A DNA stretch of 64,000 nt from Antedon mediterranea (lineage: Eukaryota > Animalia > Echinodermata), in NCBI RefSeq assembly GCF_964355755.1, contig NC_092677.1, forward strand, positions 28,011,175-28,075,174, given 5' to 3'. This document shows, in pieces, positions 11,532 to 24,621 of the stretch; the stretch's first letter is position 1, and each line of letters opens with the position of its first letter. The position numbers were made by a program, and so were the translations under genes. The notes beneath the pieces were generated by a model that was given only the letters and a program-made list of their open reading frames with translations, searched no databases and was not told where the DNA came from.

Positions 11532-14027
11532 AAGAAACTAATTGTTGGCGTTATCTATCGTCCACCTGACAAGGACTCTCGCTACACCGAACTTATGAGC
11601 TCGGCAATCGAACAGATATCTAGCCAAAAACCTGATGCTGATTTTCTTGTGTTCGGTGATTTTAACTTTACTAATATTTTATGGACTCGATTTCCTGCCT
11701 CGTCAAACAATAATGAACAGATTTTCTTGGACTCTATTTTTAATCCTTTTTCTTTTTATCAATGTAATAAAGAACCTACTTGTAATGGTAATATTTTAGA
11801 CTTGATACTCTGTAATAAGGATATTTCAAATAGTGTTTACTGCTGTAATGATATTTTTAATTCTGATCATTCGTCTTTAACTTGTTCTTATTCGTTTTAT
11901 TCTGGTATCTCTGCTCAAAATGTTAAGAATTCTCGATATTTTTATAATTTTAAGAAATTAGATCATGCTGACTTAATTGAAACTCTTAATCGTGTTCCCT
12001 GGAACCTTTTAGACTTGTGCAATAATGTTGATGATTCTGTTGACCTTTTTTATGATTTAGTTTTAGCTACCATTCGTGATCTTGTTCCAATGTATAAACC
12101 ACGCAGGAAGCTACCTCCATGGTTCGATGCTGAACTACTTGCTAGTCTTAAGGCTAAAGAACAATCCTTTAAACAAAAGAAGAAGCATCCTTCTGACTTC
12201 TATATTTCACTATTCAAAGTAGCCCGGACCAATTTCAAAAAACTTTGTCGAAGTAAGTATTATTCATACTTACAGTCACTTGCTAATGAAATGAAAAATA
12301 ACAACAAAAAATTTTGGTCTTGGATGAAAAAGTCTTATAAATCAAATGACTCGCAGCCTTCAGCATTGAATCATGGAGGTTCTTCAGTGTATTCGCCTTA
12401 TGAAAAGGCTGAAATGTTTAATAAGTATTTCCACTCTATTTTTAAAACTGGTGGTACTGGTTCATCTGTCGATCTTCCCCCTCTTCCTGACTACCCCATT
12501 GGTAAACTCTGTTCTATCCCCATTGTCAGAACTGAAGTCGCTGAACTTCTTAATTCTATTGATACTCGTAAAGCCCCGGGTAATGATCTCATACCTAACA
12601 ACATTCTCAAGCTTGGTGCTAACCCTTTATCTTACCCTTTAAGTCATATTTTTTCTCGATCCTTATTCGATGGTAATTTTCCCTCTCTTTGGAAAAGGGC
12701 TGATATTATTCCCATTCACAAGGGGGGTTCTAAATCTTTAGTTTGTAATTACCGCCCCATTTCTTTACTTTCTGCTCTTTCCAAAACTTTCGAACGCTTA
12801 ATTTATCGTCATGTCTTCACGCACGTTTCTCCTGTTCTTAGCCCCTTACAACATGGTTTCTTCCCCAAAAGATCTTGTCTCACTAATCTTACCTCTCTGT
12901 TACCTTTTGCCTACTCTGCTATCGAAAGCAAATCTCAACTTGATGTTATTTACACTGATTTTTCGAAAGCCTTTGACCTCGTCTCCCATCAACTTCTTGT
13001 CCATAAACTTTCCAAATTTGGTATTTCTGGCCCTATCCTTAAATTATTTGTTAGTTACCTTGATTTCAGGCAGCAACGCGTTATGTTTCAAGGTCAAGCT
13101 TCTGATTGGCTCACTGTCTTGTCTGGGGTCCCCCAGGGCTCGATCCTTGGTCCCCTTTTATTTAATATCTTTATCAATGATCTCCCTTCTAATCTTTCTT
13201 CTTCTTGCTTACTTTTTGCGGATGATCTTAAACTCTTTAATACTATCAATGGCCCTAATGATACTGTTTCCCTTCAAAATGACCTTGGTACACTCTTCAG
13301 ATGGACCACCACCTGGAAGCTGAGTTTAAACTTACCAAAATGCAAAATTATGACGATTACTAAGAAAAGACAATATATCCAATATGATTACAGCATTAAT
13401 AATCATGTTTTGGAAAGAATTGATCGTCATAAAGATCTTGGTATTATTATCGACTGTAACTTAAATTTTATTCCTCAAGTTGATGCTGCTGTTAGTCAAG
13501 CAAATAGAATGTTAGGCATGATACGTCGTAATTGCTGGTGTTTTAAAAATTCTAATACTTTAATTAATTTATATGTTTCTCTTGTCCGTCCCCATCTTGA
13601 ATACTGTAGTGTTGTGTCTAATTCGTTTTCGTCTGTTCATAGTACCCGTCTTCAAAGAGTCCAAGATCGTTTTGTTCGTTTTGTGTATTCTACTTGTCAC
13701 TGTCCTCCTTTGTCTGTCTCTCTTCCTTCGCTTGTCTCTCGTCGTTCTATGTTCGATCTTCAGTTTTTGTATAAATGTATGAATTCCCGTTTCAATTGTA
13801 ATTTTATCTCCTTGTTTTCCTTTCATGTTAAAGCTGTTGGTTGTCGTACTCGTAATTCCAAATGTAATCTTCTTTATGTGCCGTATTGTCGTGTTAATGT
13901 TACCAAGAATGGATTTATTTCACGTATTTGTCTTCTTTTTAATAATTGTGTTGTTAAAGATAATTCTATTGATCTCTTTTTTGATCGTTATAATTGTTTT
14001 TGTAATAAAATTAGTAAAATTGTATAA
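11532..14027 (+). CDS. LINE ORF continuation: rest of APE and reverse transcriptase
   Basis: Same frame as 10800. APE motifs IYRPP, FGDFN, LDL, SDH; RT motifs NYRPISLLS, QHGF, DFSKAFD, GVPQGSILGP, FADD; C-terminal LYVSLVRPHLEYCS typical of the CR1 group. Confidence 0.93.
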   Translation, partial: KKLIVGVIYRPPDKDSRYTELMSSAIEQISSQKPDADFLVFGDFNFTNILWTRFPASSNNNEQIFLDSIFNPFSFYQCNKEPTCNGNILDLILCNKDISNSVYCCNDIFNSDHSSLTCSYSFYSGISAQNVKNSRYFYNFKKLDHADLIETLNRVPWNLLDLCNNVDDSVDLFYDLVLATIRDLVPMYKPRRKLPPWFDAELLASLKAKEQSFKQKKKHPSDFYISLFKVARTNFKKLCRSKYYSYLQSLANEMKNNNKKFWSWMKKSYKSNDSQPSALNHGGSSVYSPYEKAEMFNKYFHSIFKTGGTGSSVDLPPLPDYPIGKLCSIPIVRTEVAELLNSIDTRKAPGNDLIPNNILKLGANPLSYPLSHIFSRSLFDGNFPSLWKRADIIPIHKGGSKSLVCNYRPISLLSALSKTFERLIYRHVFTHVSPVLSPLQHGFFPKRSCLTNLTSLLPFAYSAIESKSQLDVIYTDFSKAFDLVSHQLLVHKLSKFGISGPILKLFVSYLDFRQQRVMFQGQASDWLTVLSGVPQGSILGPLLFNIFINDLPSNLSSSCLLFADDLKLFNTINGPNDTVSLQNDLGTLFRWTTTWKLSLNLPKCKIMTITKKRQYIQYDYSINNHVLERIDRHKDLGIIIDCNLNFIPQVDAAVSQANRMLGMIRRNCWCFKNSNTLINLYVSLVRPHLEYCSVVSNSFSSVHSTRLQRVQDRFVRFVYSTCHCPPLSVSLPSLVSRRSMFDLQFLYKCMNSRFNCNFISLFSFHVKAVGCRTRNSKCNLLYVPYCRVNVTKNGFISRICLLFNNCVVKDNSIDLFFDRYNCFCNKISKIV

Positions 14028-14297
14028 ATTTGTATTGCTAGATTTTAAGATTTTTATATATTTTTATATGGTATAGTTTATTCCATTCTGTAAGGGGCGG
14101 GTTTCCCGCTGTTGAATGAGTTTGAATAAAATAAAATAAAATAAAATAAAATAAACTGAGTGTGAAAATGTTTCAGAGTTCAGGTTTAAAATATGAAATG
14201 GTAAGATTTTGTATTATGGATTTTTGTTTATGGATTAAGAATATCCTTTATAGGTTATTTGTGGATTAAGCAACCAAGAGTAAGTGTGGACTAATAC

Positions 14298-14389
14298 CTG
14301 TGAAACCTTTTTGTGTGGTAGTGTAGCACTTTTTGTTCGTCTATGCTCAGGAGGTCGTCGGCCCTCATTTCCAGTAGGCTGTGGTACAA
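14298..14389 (-). CDS. MTSS1: MTSS-like exon 12
   Basis: VPQPTGNEGRRPPEHRRTKSATLPHKKVSQ; ttatag acceptor and gtatt donor; phase 1 in, phase 0 out, as needed to join exon 13. Confidence 0.75.
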
Positions 14390-14950
14390 CTATAAAATAG
14401 AAATATAACATTAAAAGCATTGTAGTGAGTTAAATAAACATTAATGTGTACCAAAACACACTGTGGGAAAACAACATACTAATGTTTAAATAACATATAC
14501 TTTGAACAGAAGACACACAAGGTTGATATGAAAGAAATTGACAATAGAATGCAAAGAGTTTTTATGCAAGTTGACATAGCTGATGAAACAATAAAGAAAA
14601 GCAAACAAAAAAACATAAAATAACAAACAAAAAACATCATTTATTAATGTAAAGTAAAGCAATGATCTGTGTGTATATTATGTACTAAAACAGTAGCAAA
14701 ACTGATGCATCTAGAAATTTGACTGTAAATGAAATCTCTGTTATGTTTCATTATATTAAGACATATTTCAGCTTCCTGTCAAGTACAATTCAAGTTAGTT
14801 TTTCTAAATTGTGTACCATAAAAGCCAAAGAAATAGCTTCAAACAATTGAACACATTATACCATGGAATATACTTCATTATTTAAATAAAGCAAAATTAT
14901 TACTTTTTAGTATTATTAATCACAACAAACTAAATAAAAAATAAATTTTT

Positions 14951-15137
14951 AATTTGAATTTAAACAAAATGAATAGGCCTAATGCAATTAAATGTTAGTA
15001 AACCAATGAAACAATATAAAACAAGCCTTGTGATTGGCCAATTTGAATTTAAACAAAATGAATAGGCCTAATGCAATTAAATGTTAGTAAACCAATGAAA
15101 CTATATAAAACAAGCCTTGTGATTGGCCAATTTGAAA
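14951..15137. repeat. 89-bp direct tandem duplication
   Basis: AATTTGAATTTAAACAAAATGAATAGGCCTAATGC...GTGATTGGCC at 14951 and 15040, nearly identical. Confidence 0.9.
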
Positions 15138-15461
15138 TAAACAGAATGAAATATGAAAGTATAAACTAAACTATTCCTAATATATTTTTATTTTATAATC
15201 TGATTCCAATTAGCACTTTTTTGTGACATAAAATAGTGAGAAAGTTAATTAGAACTTTTACAGAAAAGATAGCAAAATAGAATGATGAAAAGGTAGAGTA
15301 GATAAACACCAACATTAAGAAATGCAAAATGATCAAATGGCACCAAAGAATATACACATGAAAAGTACAAAAAGCAAGCCTTTTACAGCATTTTGAAGAC
15401 GAGGGCGACAGACAACAAAATTTGATTTTGATGAATGCAATTTCATTCAGAAAGCACTTAC

Positions 15462-15536
15462 TGTTACTAAACTCATTAGGGGAAGAATCGGATAACTCAT
15501 CATACATAGGATCTGATAGGCCCACAACGGCAGCAG
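15462..15536 (-). CDS. MTSS1: MTSS-like exon 11 (75-nt symmetric, likely cassette)
   Basis: AAVVGLSDPMYDELSDSSPNEFSN; tgcag acceptor and gtaagt donor; phase 1-1. No homology recognised. Confidence 0.55.
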
Positions 15537-17491
15537 CTGCATTCAGTGGAGGAAACAAATAGCAAACATTCAGTGATGCTTACAAAAGAGAATTTTCAAT
15601 TTCAATGAATCAAGAGGAATTAAGGTTTAATACTGTATACATAGGTTAGAAAGGAGTACATACAACAGGGGAAAATATTGACAATTATATTTACAATCAA
15701 AAACATAAAGCAAAGAGAAAAATTTAGTATATAATTATAATTACAATTTCATGCTTTAAAAAAAACAACATTAATTGCCTCCCTTCCAAATTTGTTTATT
15801 TCACATCATTTCTTAATTCTCCTAAAGGGATCATGTCAAAATGATTCTACTGCAGTTACTGCAGTAACTACATTTGTTTTCACTGCAACACTGTATGGTT
15901 TTAGTTTGTAGGCAGGTTACAGGTTAAGAAGTATACGCAAACAATGTATGGTTTTAGTTTGTAAGCAGGTTACAGGTTAAGAAGTAAACACAATTTAGTT
16001 GTGCAGTGGAATCATTTTGACTTTTTGAATTTTGATCCCTAATAATATTCATTCAATTATAAATTATATATTGTGCTCAAATAACATTTTAGTGAGAAAA
16101 AAAATATACAAAAAACAAACAAAATACATTGTAATAAACATAAATATACATATTCATTAGTATAATACATCAAATTTAAATAAAAATGTAAAATAAAGTT
16201 GTGTGTGCAACGGAAAAATGTGAGGTGTTAAATTGCATGCAATGTTGAGTAACAAAAGGAGTTATTTTCACTCACTCAGTACGACTCGGTGACAACTAAG
16301 AAGTCACAATTGTTGCTTTGGGTAATTTAAAGAGGGTGGAATACCCACAAACCCAGTTGGAGATGGTAGAGGTGGGTTTTAACATGCGGATATGATATAA
16401 ACAGGATAGCAAAGATACAATTAGAAAAGCAAAGAAACTAACAGATGGCTGCCTGACTGAAATTCTGAATCTTTAAATGGAATCTAAAACATCGTGTGAA
16501 TGTCATCTAAATGGTGAGGTTAAGATCCAGTCTATCGCCCTTGATTAATCCCGACCACTAAAAAGTATCTAGCTAATCCAACAGGGATTTGTAGATTATC
16601 TAGCAGACTACAATTCACTCTAGGGGTTGTGGTTGCTAGGTGATAGATCATAAAGGTGATGTAATCAGTTACCAATGAATGTAAAGAGATTTGTTAAAGA
16701 TATGTAACTAGTAATGATGTAGAAAGATAGTAGAGCTTGTATTCAAGGACATGTGACCAGTGTGGGAATGATTGAACTTGAGGTTTTAGCTATTAGCAGG
16801 TGTCACACCTACTAACACAGTTTTCAAAGATACACAGATTTCTAGTAGAGATATATATATCTTCGCTTCGCTGAGATATATATATCTTTGCAGAAGTTAC
16901 TAATACTATAGTACACTATTTATTCAAAGGTTACTAAAGAAAAGGAGGAACTATATTACTTATATTCATTTTTTTTTAATCTAAAGATATTGGTTAATTC
17001 ACAGATAATTATACAATCTAGTATTAGTTCAGGATATATCTGTGGTTTATAAGAGTAACTAAGGGATGTGGAAAGGCTAAAGACTATATGTATACTAATG
17101 TTGTAGGAACTATAGGAACATGTCTAATAATGTTAACTGCTATATGTTCAGTTGTATGTCATGTGGGTACTGTAGTGTAGTACATGATCTGTAATAATGT
17201 TTTCACTATGGTAAAGATGATTTTTTTGTAAGATGGTATAGTGATGATATGTGTGTATGTATACAGATTATGATTTTGATGATGACAAATAATTCTGATA
17301 CAAGATGTTGTTGATAAGACCACATCGATAAACAATGCTAATTTAAGTTTAAGCATGGAGAAATAAGTCCGAACATATTTCTCCATGGTTTAAGTGAATA
17401 TATTGTAAAGTTAAGTATGATTAGATAGCTATACTGTATGTTAGAAGGTTAGCGCTGTTACTAGTAGTTGGTCTTCCACCTCAGAACTCAC

Positions 17492-17744
17492 CTTGGTTGA
17501 TTTGTGTCATGTTGAAATCGGGAACTATTGGAGGACAAGGTGACAACACAACACCATTGCTTTTAGACACTAAATGTTTCTCGGGAAGACTGGTAGTGAC
17601 AGGGGGAGAAGGAAGGGGAATGGATTGTTGGTTGAGGGAACTATTGGATGACCAACTGGTCCAGGAGGGAGGAGGAGGGGGAAACGATTCATAAGAAGGT
17701 GTACTGCACTCACTTGACGATTGATCTCCATTTTGGGGGATTGT
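17492..17744 (-). CDS. MTSS1: MTSS-like exon 10 (Ser/Pro-rich)
   Basis: TIPQNGDQSSSECSTPSYESFPPPPPSWTSWSS...PDFNMTQINQ open for 84 codons; ttttag/gtgag sites; phase 0 in, phase 1 out. Confidence 0.8.
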
Positions 17745-18944
17745 CTAAAAAAAATAAAATAAAAAATGTTAATAATACATTATAATTGACATTTTTATTC
17801 TATTTCAAATTAAAGTGCAGATCTCTCTCTTACTAGACTACTATTTGAACCAATGTTATAGTGAGTGATTTTGATCAGCAAATCATAGTCTTCGCCACTG
17901 ATTAATTAGAGTCATTGAGTAGTGAAAGATCTGTATTTCATAATATCTACAATTCACACTACACTAAATAATGCATTAGTACACCTATGAATATGTCTTT
18001 GGCAAAACAACTACTAAGTAATAACAACCAAAATTATAACTATAAATTGTAATTTCCATCACTAATTACGTAATAAAATGCAAATGAAATATGAAACTTT
18101 AGCACACCAGTTTCTTCTTACTTAATATTAAAGAAATGCAGTTGTATTATTACACCAGCAATGAATAATAATCGTTAGTATAGTTATGGTTTGTACTTAG
18201 CACCAAGATTCACTTCATTGGTTATTCATTATTTTAAGCATCTACTAAACTTTCTACTTAAGCATGGATGGAACTATGCAATGTTTTCATTATTAATTTC
18301 ATTCAACAGCCTTTAGTAACCACTACCAACTATAGGAGATAAACACTATCAACATTTTCCAAAACTGTATGTTTAGGTAGTACTATTCTGTAAACACATT
18401 GTTGAGCAAAAACCAGAGTTGAACCAAGGACCTTATGATGGAAGGTAAACCTCATCGCTATATCTATAGGGCTTTTTACACTAGTTAAAACAAGATCATT
18501 CCTTTGAACAATGAGCCTATGTAGTAACCTTTGACCTGATCATGTATTGTAAAATTGAAACCATGTTGGATAATATCTTTTGGTATCAATTTATTAACAA
18601 ATAACATTATTTAATTTTCTACTAATTGTTCCTATTAATATCTGTCATAATACGTTAATTATATTAAATAATAAAATTAATGTTCACATTCACAGTAAAC
18701 TATAAAATAAATCATATTGAAAATGAAAATAAAATATGGATAAACGAAAATGAAGATATAAAATGAGAATACTTGCATGCAAAATCATGCAAGGAAAAGA
18801 AAATAAAAAAACAAAAACAACTAAAATTAAGTTCTACCTTTCATTCATGTCCATGCGTCACTAAAAAAAAATATTTATAAAAAAAAAAACAAAAAAAAAC
18901 AAAACAACCCAACAACATTGATATTGAGAGTTTCATATTTCAAC

Positions 18945-19208
18945 CTGATATTCTGATTCCTGAGGGGGTGTGGCCGGTCTCTGGAACAGCATATCTTGCG
19001 AGATGAATCCCGAGTCTTGTGATGAGACGCTAGAGAGACGTAGAGGTGATGCCGCAGGCTGCGACATACTACGGTGCCTGAATGGATTGCCTGGTGAGTG
19101 CGAGTTTACTGAGCCACTGGAGCGTGAATCTGAACTGGCCATACTGCTCAAACTACACATGCTAGACTTGCGAGAGCCTGTTGAAGCCACAGGTGAACCA
19201 GGGGGCGT
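18945..19208 (-). CDS. MTSS1: MTSS-like exon 9 (Ser-rich)
   Basis: TPPGSP..SRKSSMCS..SSDSRSSGS..RLSSVSSQDSGFISQD matches the MTSS1 Ser-rich region including the DSGFIS motif. Confidence 0.93.
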
Positions 19209-19899
19209 CTGCACAAAAGATTGAAAAGCTCACTAATGGCCGACTAAAAGGTGTGATAACGTGCAGGATGTGTTGCTTTATAAAGAACATTTTGGTATCA
19301 CAAAAGACAATATATTTACTGATACGCACAATGTACAATTCACAACAAACTGCAATTTTACAAATATTAATAAACAAAAATATTACAGTAATCATAATAA
19401 AAGGGGAATTTCTATTAAAACATTGGTAATGGTAGGATATAAAATAATAGAGGTATTTTGTTAAAAATTAAATGCAATGTCTAATTTACTTTAACACAAT
19501 TCTGTAAGTAAACACTTTGAATTGAAATTGTTAATCCTTGATCTTGAATACTACAAATTTCCTGCATATTGGAATGAACAGAAGATAATGAATATTTTTT
19601 TGTACCCTGGGGACTGTAAGTATTGTTCTTGATGACTAATATCATCAGGAATATTAAGATGAGTAAAATGCTTCCATCCAAGGTCATTATTTCCTGAATA
19701 TAAAATTGGGAATTAAAATTGATAACAAAACATTATCATAGCACAAGAAAGCTTTGTGCTAAAATTTGTTTTCTATTTGTTTTTTCCTTATTTACAAGGA
19801 TGTTCTCACATAGGGTCTGGTAGAGGATCAGTACACTGCTATCTAGGAGACAATCCCAAACTCTTATTTTGATAGTGTACCAAGTTTAATTATGCACAT

Positions 19900-20147
19900 T
19901 TGCAATGTATGCACAGGACCAACAGCTTTATGTCCAATTTGAAGGACGGGGCAATGAGAGGAAAGTACACATCTAGCTCGTGTGCACTTTAAAGAACCTA
20001 GTACATCTTTCGAGACGAGTAGGGGGTTACCCCGGTGTATTAGTACATCACAGCCACTGATCACCAACTGGGCCTTCTGGGAGACCAGTCTTTGACTGAA
20101 GAGGTTACCCAGTATAAATATAAATTTCAATCAATAAATTTCAATCA
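19900..20147 (+). mobile_element. SINE fragment with Deu/Nin-like central domain
   Basis: GTGCACTTTAAAGAACCTAGTACATCTTTCGAGACGAGTAGGGGGTTACCCCGGTGT resembles the Deu-domain core as I recall it. Ends in a duplicated ATAAATTTCAATCA tail; no tRNA head seen. Confidence 0.6.
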
Positions 20148-22230
20148 AGTATCTTACTTAAAGGGGGTACAAGCAATATGGCACAGGGTTTAAACCCACC
20201 CATGCCTCACACATCGATCGTATCAAAATGTAGGTGGTAAAGTTAGGATTTGAACTGCTAAAGTGGTAAGCAAGTAATAACCATCAAGATACAGTGCCAT
20301 TCACTACACATTAATAATGTGACCTTTAGAAATATTATAATTTAGTTTTTAATATTATTGTATTACTGTATTAGATACAGTACTGTACATTTGTGTACAG
20401 CAGATATGCAGCTTTGGGAGACATGGGAAAGTTAAAAGGAAAGGTCCATGCATGCATGTTATTGTAAAAAGTATTAACAAATAATAACAAGGGCAGTCAG
20501 GTAATTATTAATATGATGGTAATATAAATTTGATTGAAAAGAAACCAAACTAAACTGCTGTATGTTATTAAACTAAATACATTCAGTTTCAATTTCGTTT
20601 ATTTCATAATAAAAACCATATATTTAGTTGGTATATTATGTTTGAGTTTAGAAACGCCATAAGTAGAAAATGAAAGCGTATATCTGGAGCCAGATAGTCG
20701 CTGTATTGGCGCCAGGACAAAGGTCATGTTCAAAGATGAATCTGTAATACTGTACATCATTTGTATCTCATCCTTTTGAAATATATTACACTATAGAATG
20801 ATAATTTGGAATGTTTTTAGGAATAATGAAGCACAAAATGAAGTTTAGGGAATTTAGAGGATGGGTTCAAAGATTATGTATCGGTTTAACCGTTCATGAA
20901 CTCTTCTAAAAAAATTAAAATTAACTCCTCTAGCATTTTTGTATTTTTAAAGTAAACGTATGACATGTCAACAAATTAAGATAAATTGCTGTATACAACT
21001 TTAGAATACCCAAGAACTGATATTATTATAATAAATGGATAAAAAAACTCTCACAATGGTCCTAAATTTGTTTTATAAAATTTGTTATATTTAAAAATTT
21101 ATTCTTAAAATCAGCCTTTCCACAAACAACTAGCCAGCCCAAAAGGAGAGGATCTATTAACAAACCAGCAAATGGTTTATTTTATGTCATAGCAACGTTG
21201 GCATTGCAATAATCCATCCAACATAAGATGGTAAATTGATATAATGACCCTAGTTTATGCATCCTCAAGCTCTTTCTGGTTAAAAATTATTTAGATTGGC
21301 GGTTGACGTTAAATGTCAACATCTCATGCATAAACATAGCTTGTAAATATGCACATTATTATTATTATGAATCTAATATGAATGCTAAATAGTGAACAGA
21401 ATTATGTGGGATTTTTGCACCTTAGTTTGGTTGTATATATTGATGAAAATGAATAAATATCCATTTAAATATCAAATCTTAAAATATTTAAATATTTACA
21501 GAATAATTATGATGTATTTCATAAAGTACACTGGAATGCTAAATAATGAACAGACTTTAATGTGGGATTTTTTCACCGTAGTTTGGATGAATAACTGATA
21601 AAATGAATAAATATCCATTTAATATTACATTAAATCTTCTTATAATAATATTTAAATATTAAATTTACAGAATATCTTGATGGAATAATTATGATAATAT
21701 TCTACAAAGTAGCTAGGAATTTATATTCCTTAAAAGCAGCAGATATTCCTAAAAGTTCACTATCTACCAGTTCAAATTCCATTTGATGAAATTATCCCAG
21801 ACTTAATGAAGTTACTACTAATAAACCCACCATAGCTAACAAGTAGAAGGTGTAAGTGATCCCAGCTTAGGTATCCAAACTGCTACTTAAGTTACTTCTT
21901 AACTCTCCAGGCCAGTAGCTTGTTATACTAATGAGGGCAGAGCGTAGCATCTTGTTAGGTGTCGCCCGTTTTAATTGGATATGGGTTGCAGTCGGCCTAC
22001 ATTTTTTGTTTATTCTAATCATGATTATCATTTATAAAATTTCTACTTCTAAAATTGTTGTTTTTTGTTTGTTATATTAACTTTAATATTCTGAGACAAA
22101 GTGCCAAATGACAGCATCATAAGCAATCAATTATAAGGTATTTCAAAAAAGTAATATGTTTACTGTTTTCTAGAAATTAGTTTTTTACTTTTGTTTTAAT
22201 AGATATTGTCTTTTTTGTCTGTTAAATTAA

Positions 22231-22854
22231 AGACACCTTCCCTACGTTTTTTAGATCTATTTTAAGATCACAAACTATATTTAATCTAAAAATAATACTA
22301 TATGGTCCTATTGCGATAACTTTTTTCGTCTTTAAATGGTTAAAAATGTGAAAAATAAGTCGATTCTAATAATTATAGCGGCCCGCTATAAATCCCAAAA
22401 TGCATTGCGCGCGGATTGATATTTCTGTTTTTCTTCTGTAATTCGCCCACTTTTCGATCAATCGTGCGGCCAAAACAAATGGAAGACTCCTAACTTTTCA
22501 GCGAAAATACCGGGATTTCCACAATTTGTATCAACGGAGTCTGGCAAAAATAGAAAGAAAATTAATGCAGCAACTATACAACGTCAGGCTAGGTATAGCT
22601 AGCGTACGATGTTCGTACGTTACCGATGTTTACCAGCTAGGCCTAAAAAACTAAGCCTAGCTAGGCTAGGCCTAAAGACCGTCCACGAGAGGTCAGTCGC
22701 CGCGAGCTACCTACTGTAGGTAGTGCATTGTTTCTCACTTTTTATCATAATTTACCATAAAACGTACATTTAAGGAATGACCTGGTTTAATGTTTTTAAA
22801 GTAATATATATGTATTATTTTTTAAAAACGTCACAAATTGTAGGGAAGGTGTCT
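22231..22854. mobile_element. 624-bp non-autonomous TIR element, Kolobok-like
   Basis: Perfect TIR AGACACCTTCCCTAC ... GTAGGGAAGGTGTCT with TTAA TSD on both sides; no ORF. Confidence 0.85.
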
Positions 22855-24468
22855 TTAACTGAATATTCTGAGACAAGATGTCAAATAACATTAATAATTA
22901 CCAAGTATTTCAACAAAGTAATAAGCTTACTGTTTTCTAGAAATTAGTTGTTTTATTAATTTGTCAGCATAAAGATTACTGTCTATTCTAATAAATATGT
23001 GTAGTGTGTATGTGAATGTGTATTAAAGGTATATAATATTATCTATTACCTTATCTTATCAATCTATGCACAGTAAAAACATTAACAAAACAAACATTCC
23101 AATCCTTTTGATAAATTATTGCACATCAAACATTAAACAAGTGAAACAAAATGCAGTGGATTAATGTATAGTTGGAAATGTGAATGGATAAAGGGATGTG
23201 AATATGGGTTGGGAGAGATGTGGAACAAAAGGTGGGGATATCATGATCACGGAATGCAGTGAAAAATGGGTGAGAAGGAGCTGCAAGACAGTTTGAAATA
23301 AAGGGTCCAGATATTAATGTTGTTGCCAGGTATTAATGTTGTTCCCAGATATTAATGTTATTCCCAGGTAAGTACAGTAACAATTTAAATTATGTTAAAC
23401 CTAAGAATGTTGCACTAATCGATATATAATAGAAGAACAGACAGCTTTGTAAGATGGCGTGTTGAGGTAAAGGCCAACAGGGATAAAAACAGTTAATTTG
23501 AGTAACAAACGCTAAGTTGAAGACAGACAAGTTAGCACATACTAATAGTATATTCTTTGTTAGAAGTTAATATATAATAAGCAGTAACAAGCAAGCAGAC
23601 ATGCAATGTTCGTGTTAAGTATTGGAATGGTACATATGATACCGCTGCCAATCAAAGGTGGGTAGGAATAGTAGTACACATGATACCACTGCCAATCAAA
23701 AGAGGTTTGTATTTTTTACATGTTTTGCTGCACAAATAATATCAGTCATTGTTGTAAGATACAGATTGTAAATACATAAAGGTCTTTTGAAAAAATGTGA
23801 TTGTTTATTAAACCGTTATCAACAAAGTAGGGTAATTGCCACATTACACAATTTTAGTTTTTTAGTTGTTTTTTTTCCTCAGCCTTTTCTTTTTCATCCA
23901 TTATTTTCCCATTTTTGTTACTAATATAGTTTTTATTAGTAGTATATCAGTACTAAATGGTACATTATAATTATAGTATATTCAATAATAAATGACACAA
24001 TAGTATAAATTAAGATATAGTACTGTAGTGTAAATAATGTACATTATCATAAAAAAAAACATATAAATATATTGAAATTGTTTTTTCCAAAACCAAAAAG
24101 ATTAATAAAAAGTAAAATATCTAAAAATCCATTTTCCTCTTGATATTAAAAAAAATTAACCATCACACAGTTACAAAAACACTGATGGAAGACTGATATA
24201 TATTATCAGAGTTGGGTATACACAAAAAAATCTATTTGTGTAGAGTCTGAAAATTAATAATCTTTATCATGAAAAATTATGGCTTGTGTACAGTGATTGT
24301 TTTCGTAGTGGAGTCTGTTTAAACTTTGACCCCTGGCTAGGACCAAAGTTTCTATTCATGTGAAAATAAAGCAACCAATAAAAGTAATCATATTAGCTCC
24401 ATCAGTTTTCTTTTGAATAAAAAAATTATATGAAAATAAAATCAAACAAAAAGTTGTAAAAAACTTAC

Positions 24469-24621
24469 AGGAAAAGACCATTTATTTTCTTGACCTTTGA
24501 CATCTAGAATGACCTGCTCACTGGCCTTTGGAAGTGTGAATGGATCTTTGACCTGTTCCATGATGTCATCCAGAATGGTGGACAAGTGAGTAGTCTCGCT
24601 TAACATGGAACATTCTTCATC
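24469..24621 (-). CDS. MTSS1: MTSS-like exon 8 (end of I-BAR)
   Basis: DEECSMLSETTHLSTILDDIMEQVKDPFTLPKASEQVILDVKG resembles EEEISMLGEITHL...DPHKLPSSSEQVILDLKG. Confidence 0.93.

Larger units (their letters stand above)
10545..14155 (+). mobile_element. Near full-length non-LTR retrotransposon (CR1/Jockey-group LINE, APE + RT) in MTSS intron 12, antisense to host
   Basis: APE-RT reading frame 10800-14027, 3' stem-loop GCGGG-TTT-CCCGC near 14097-14109 and an (AATAA)n tail 14125-14155. The 5' boundary is estimated from the GC shift. No clear TSD and no separate ORF1. Confidence 0.93.
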
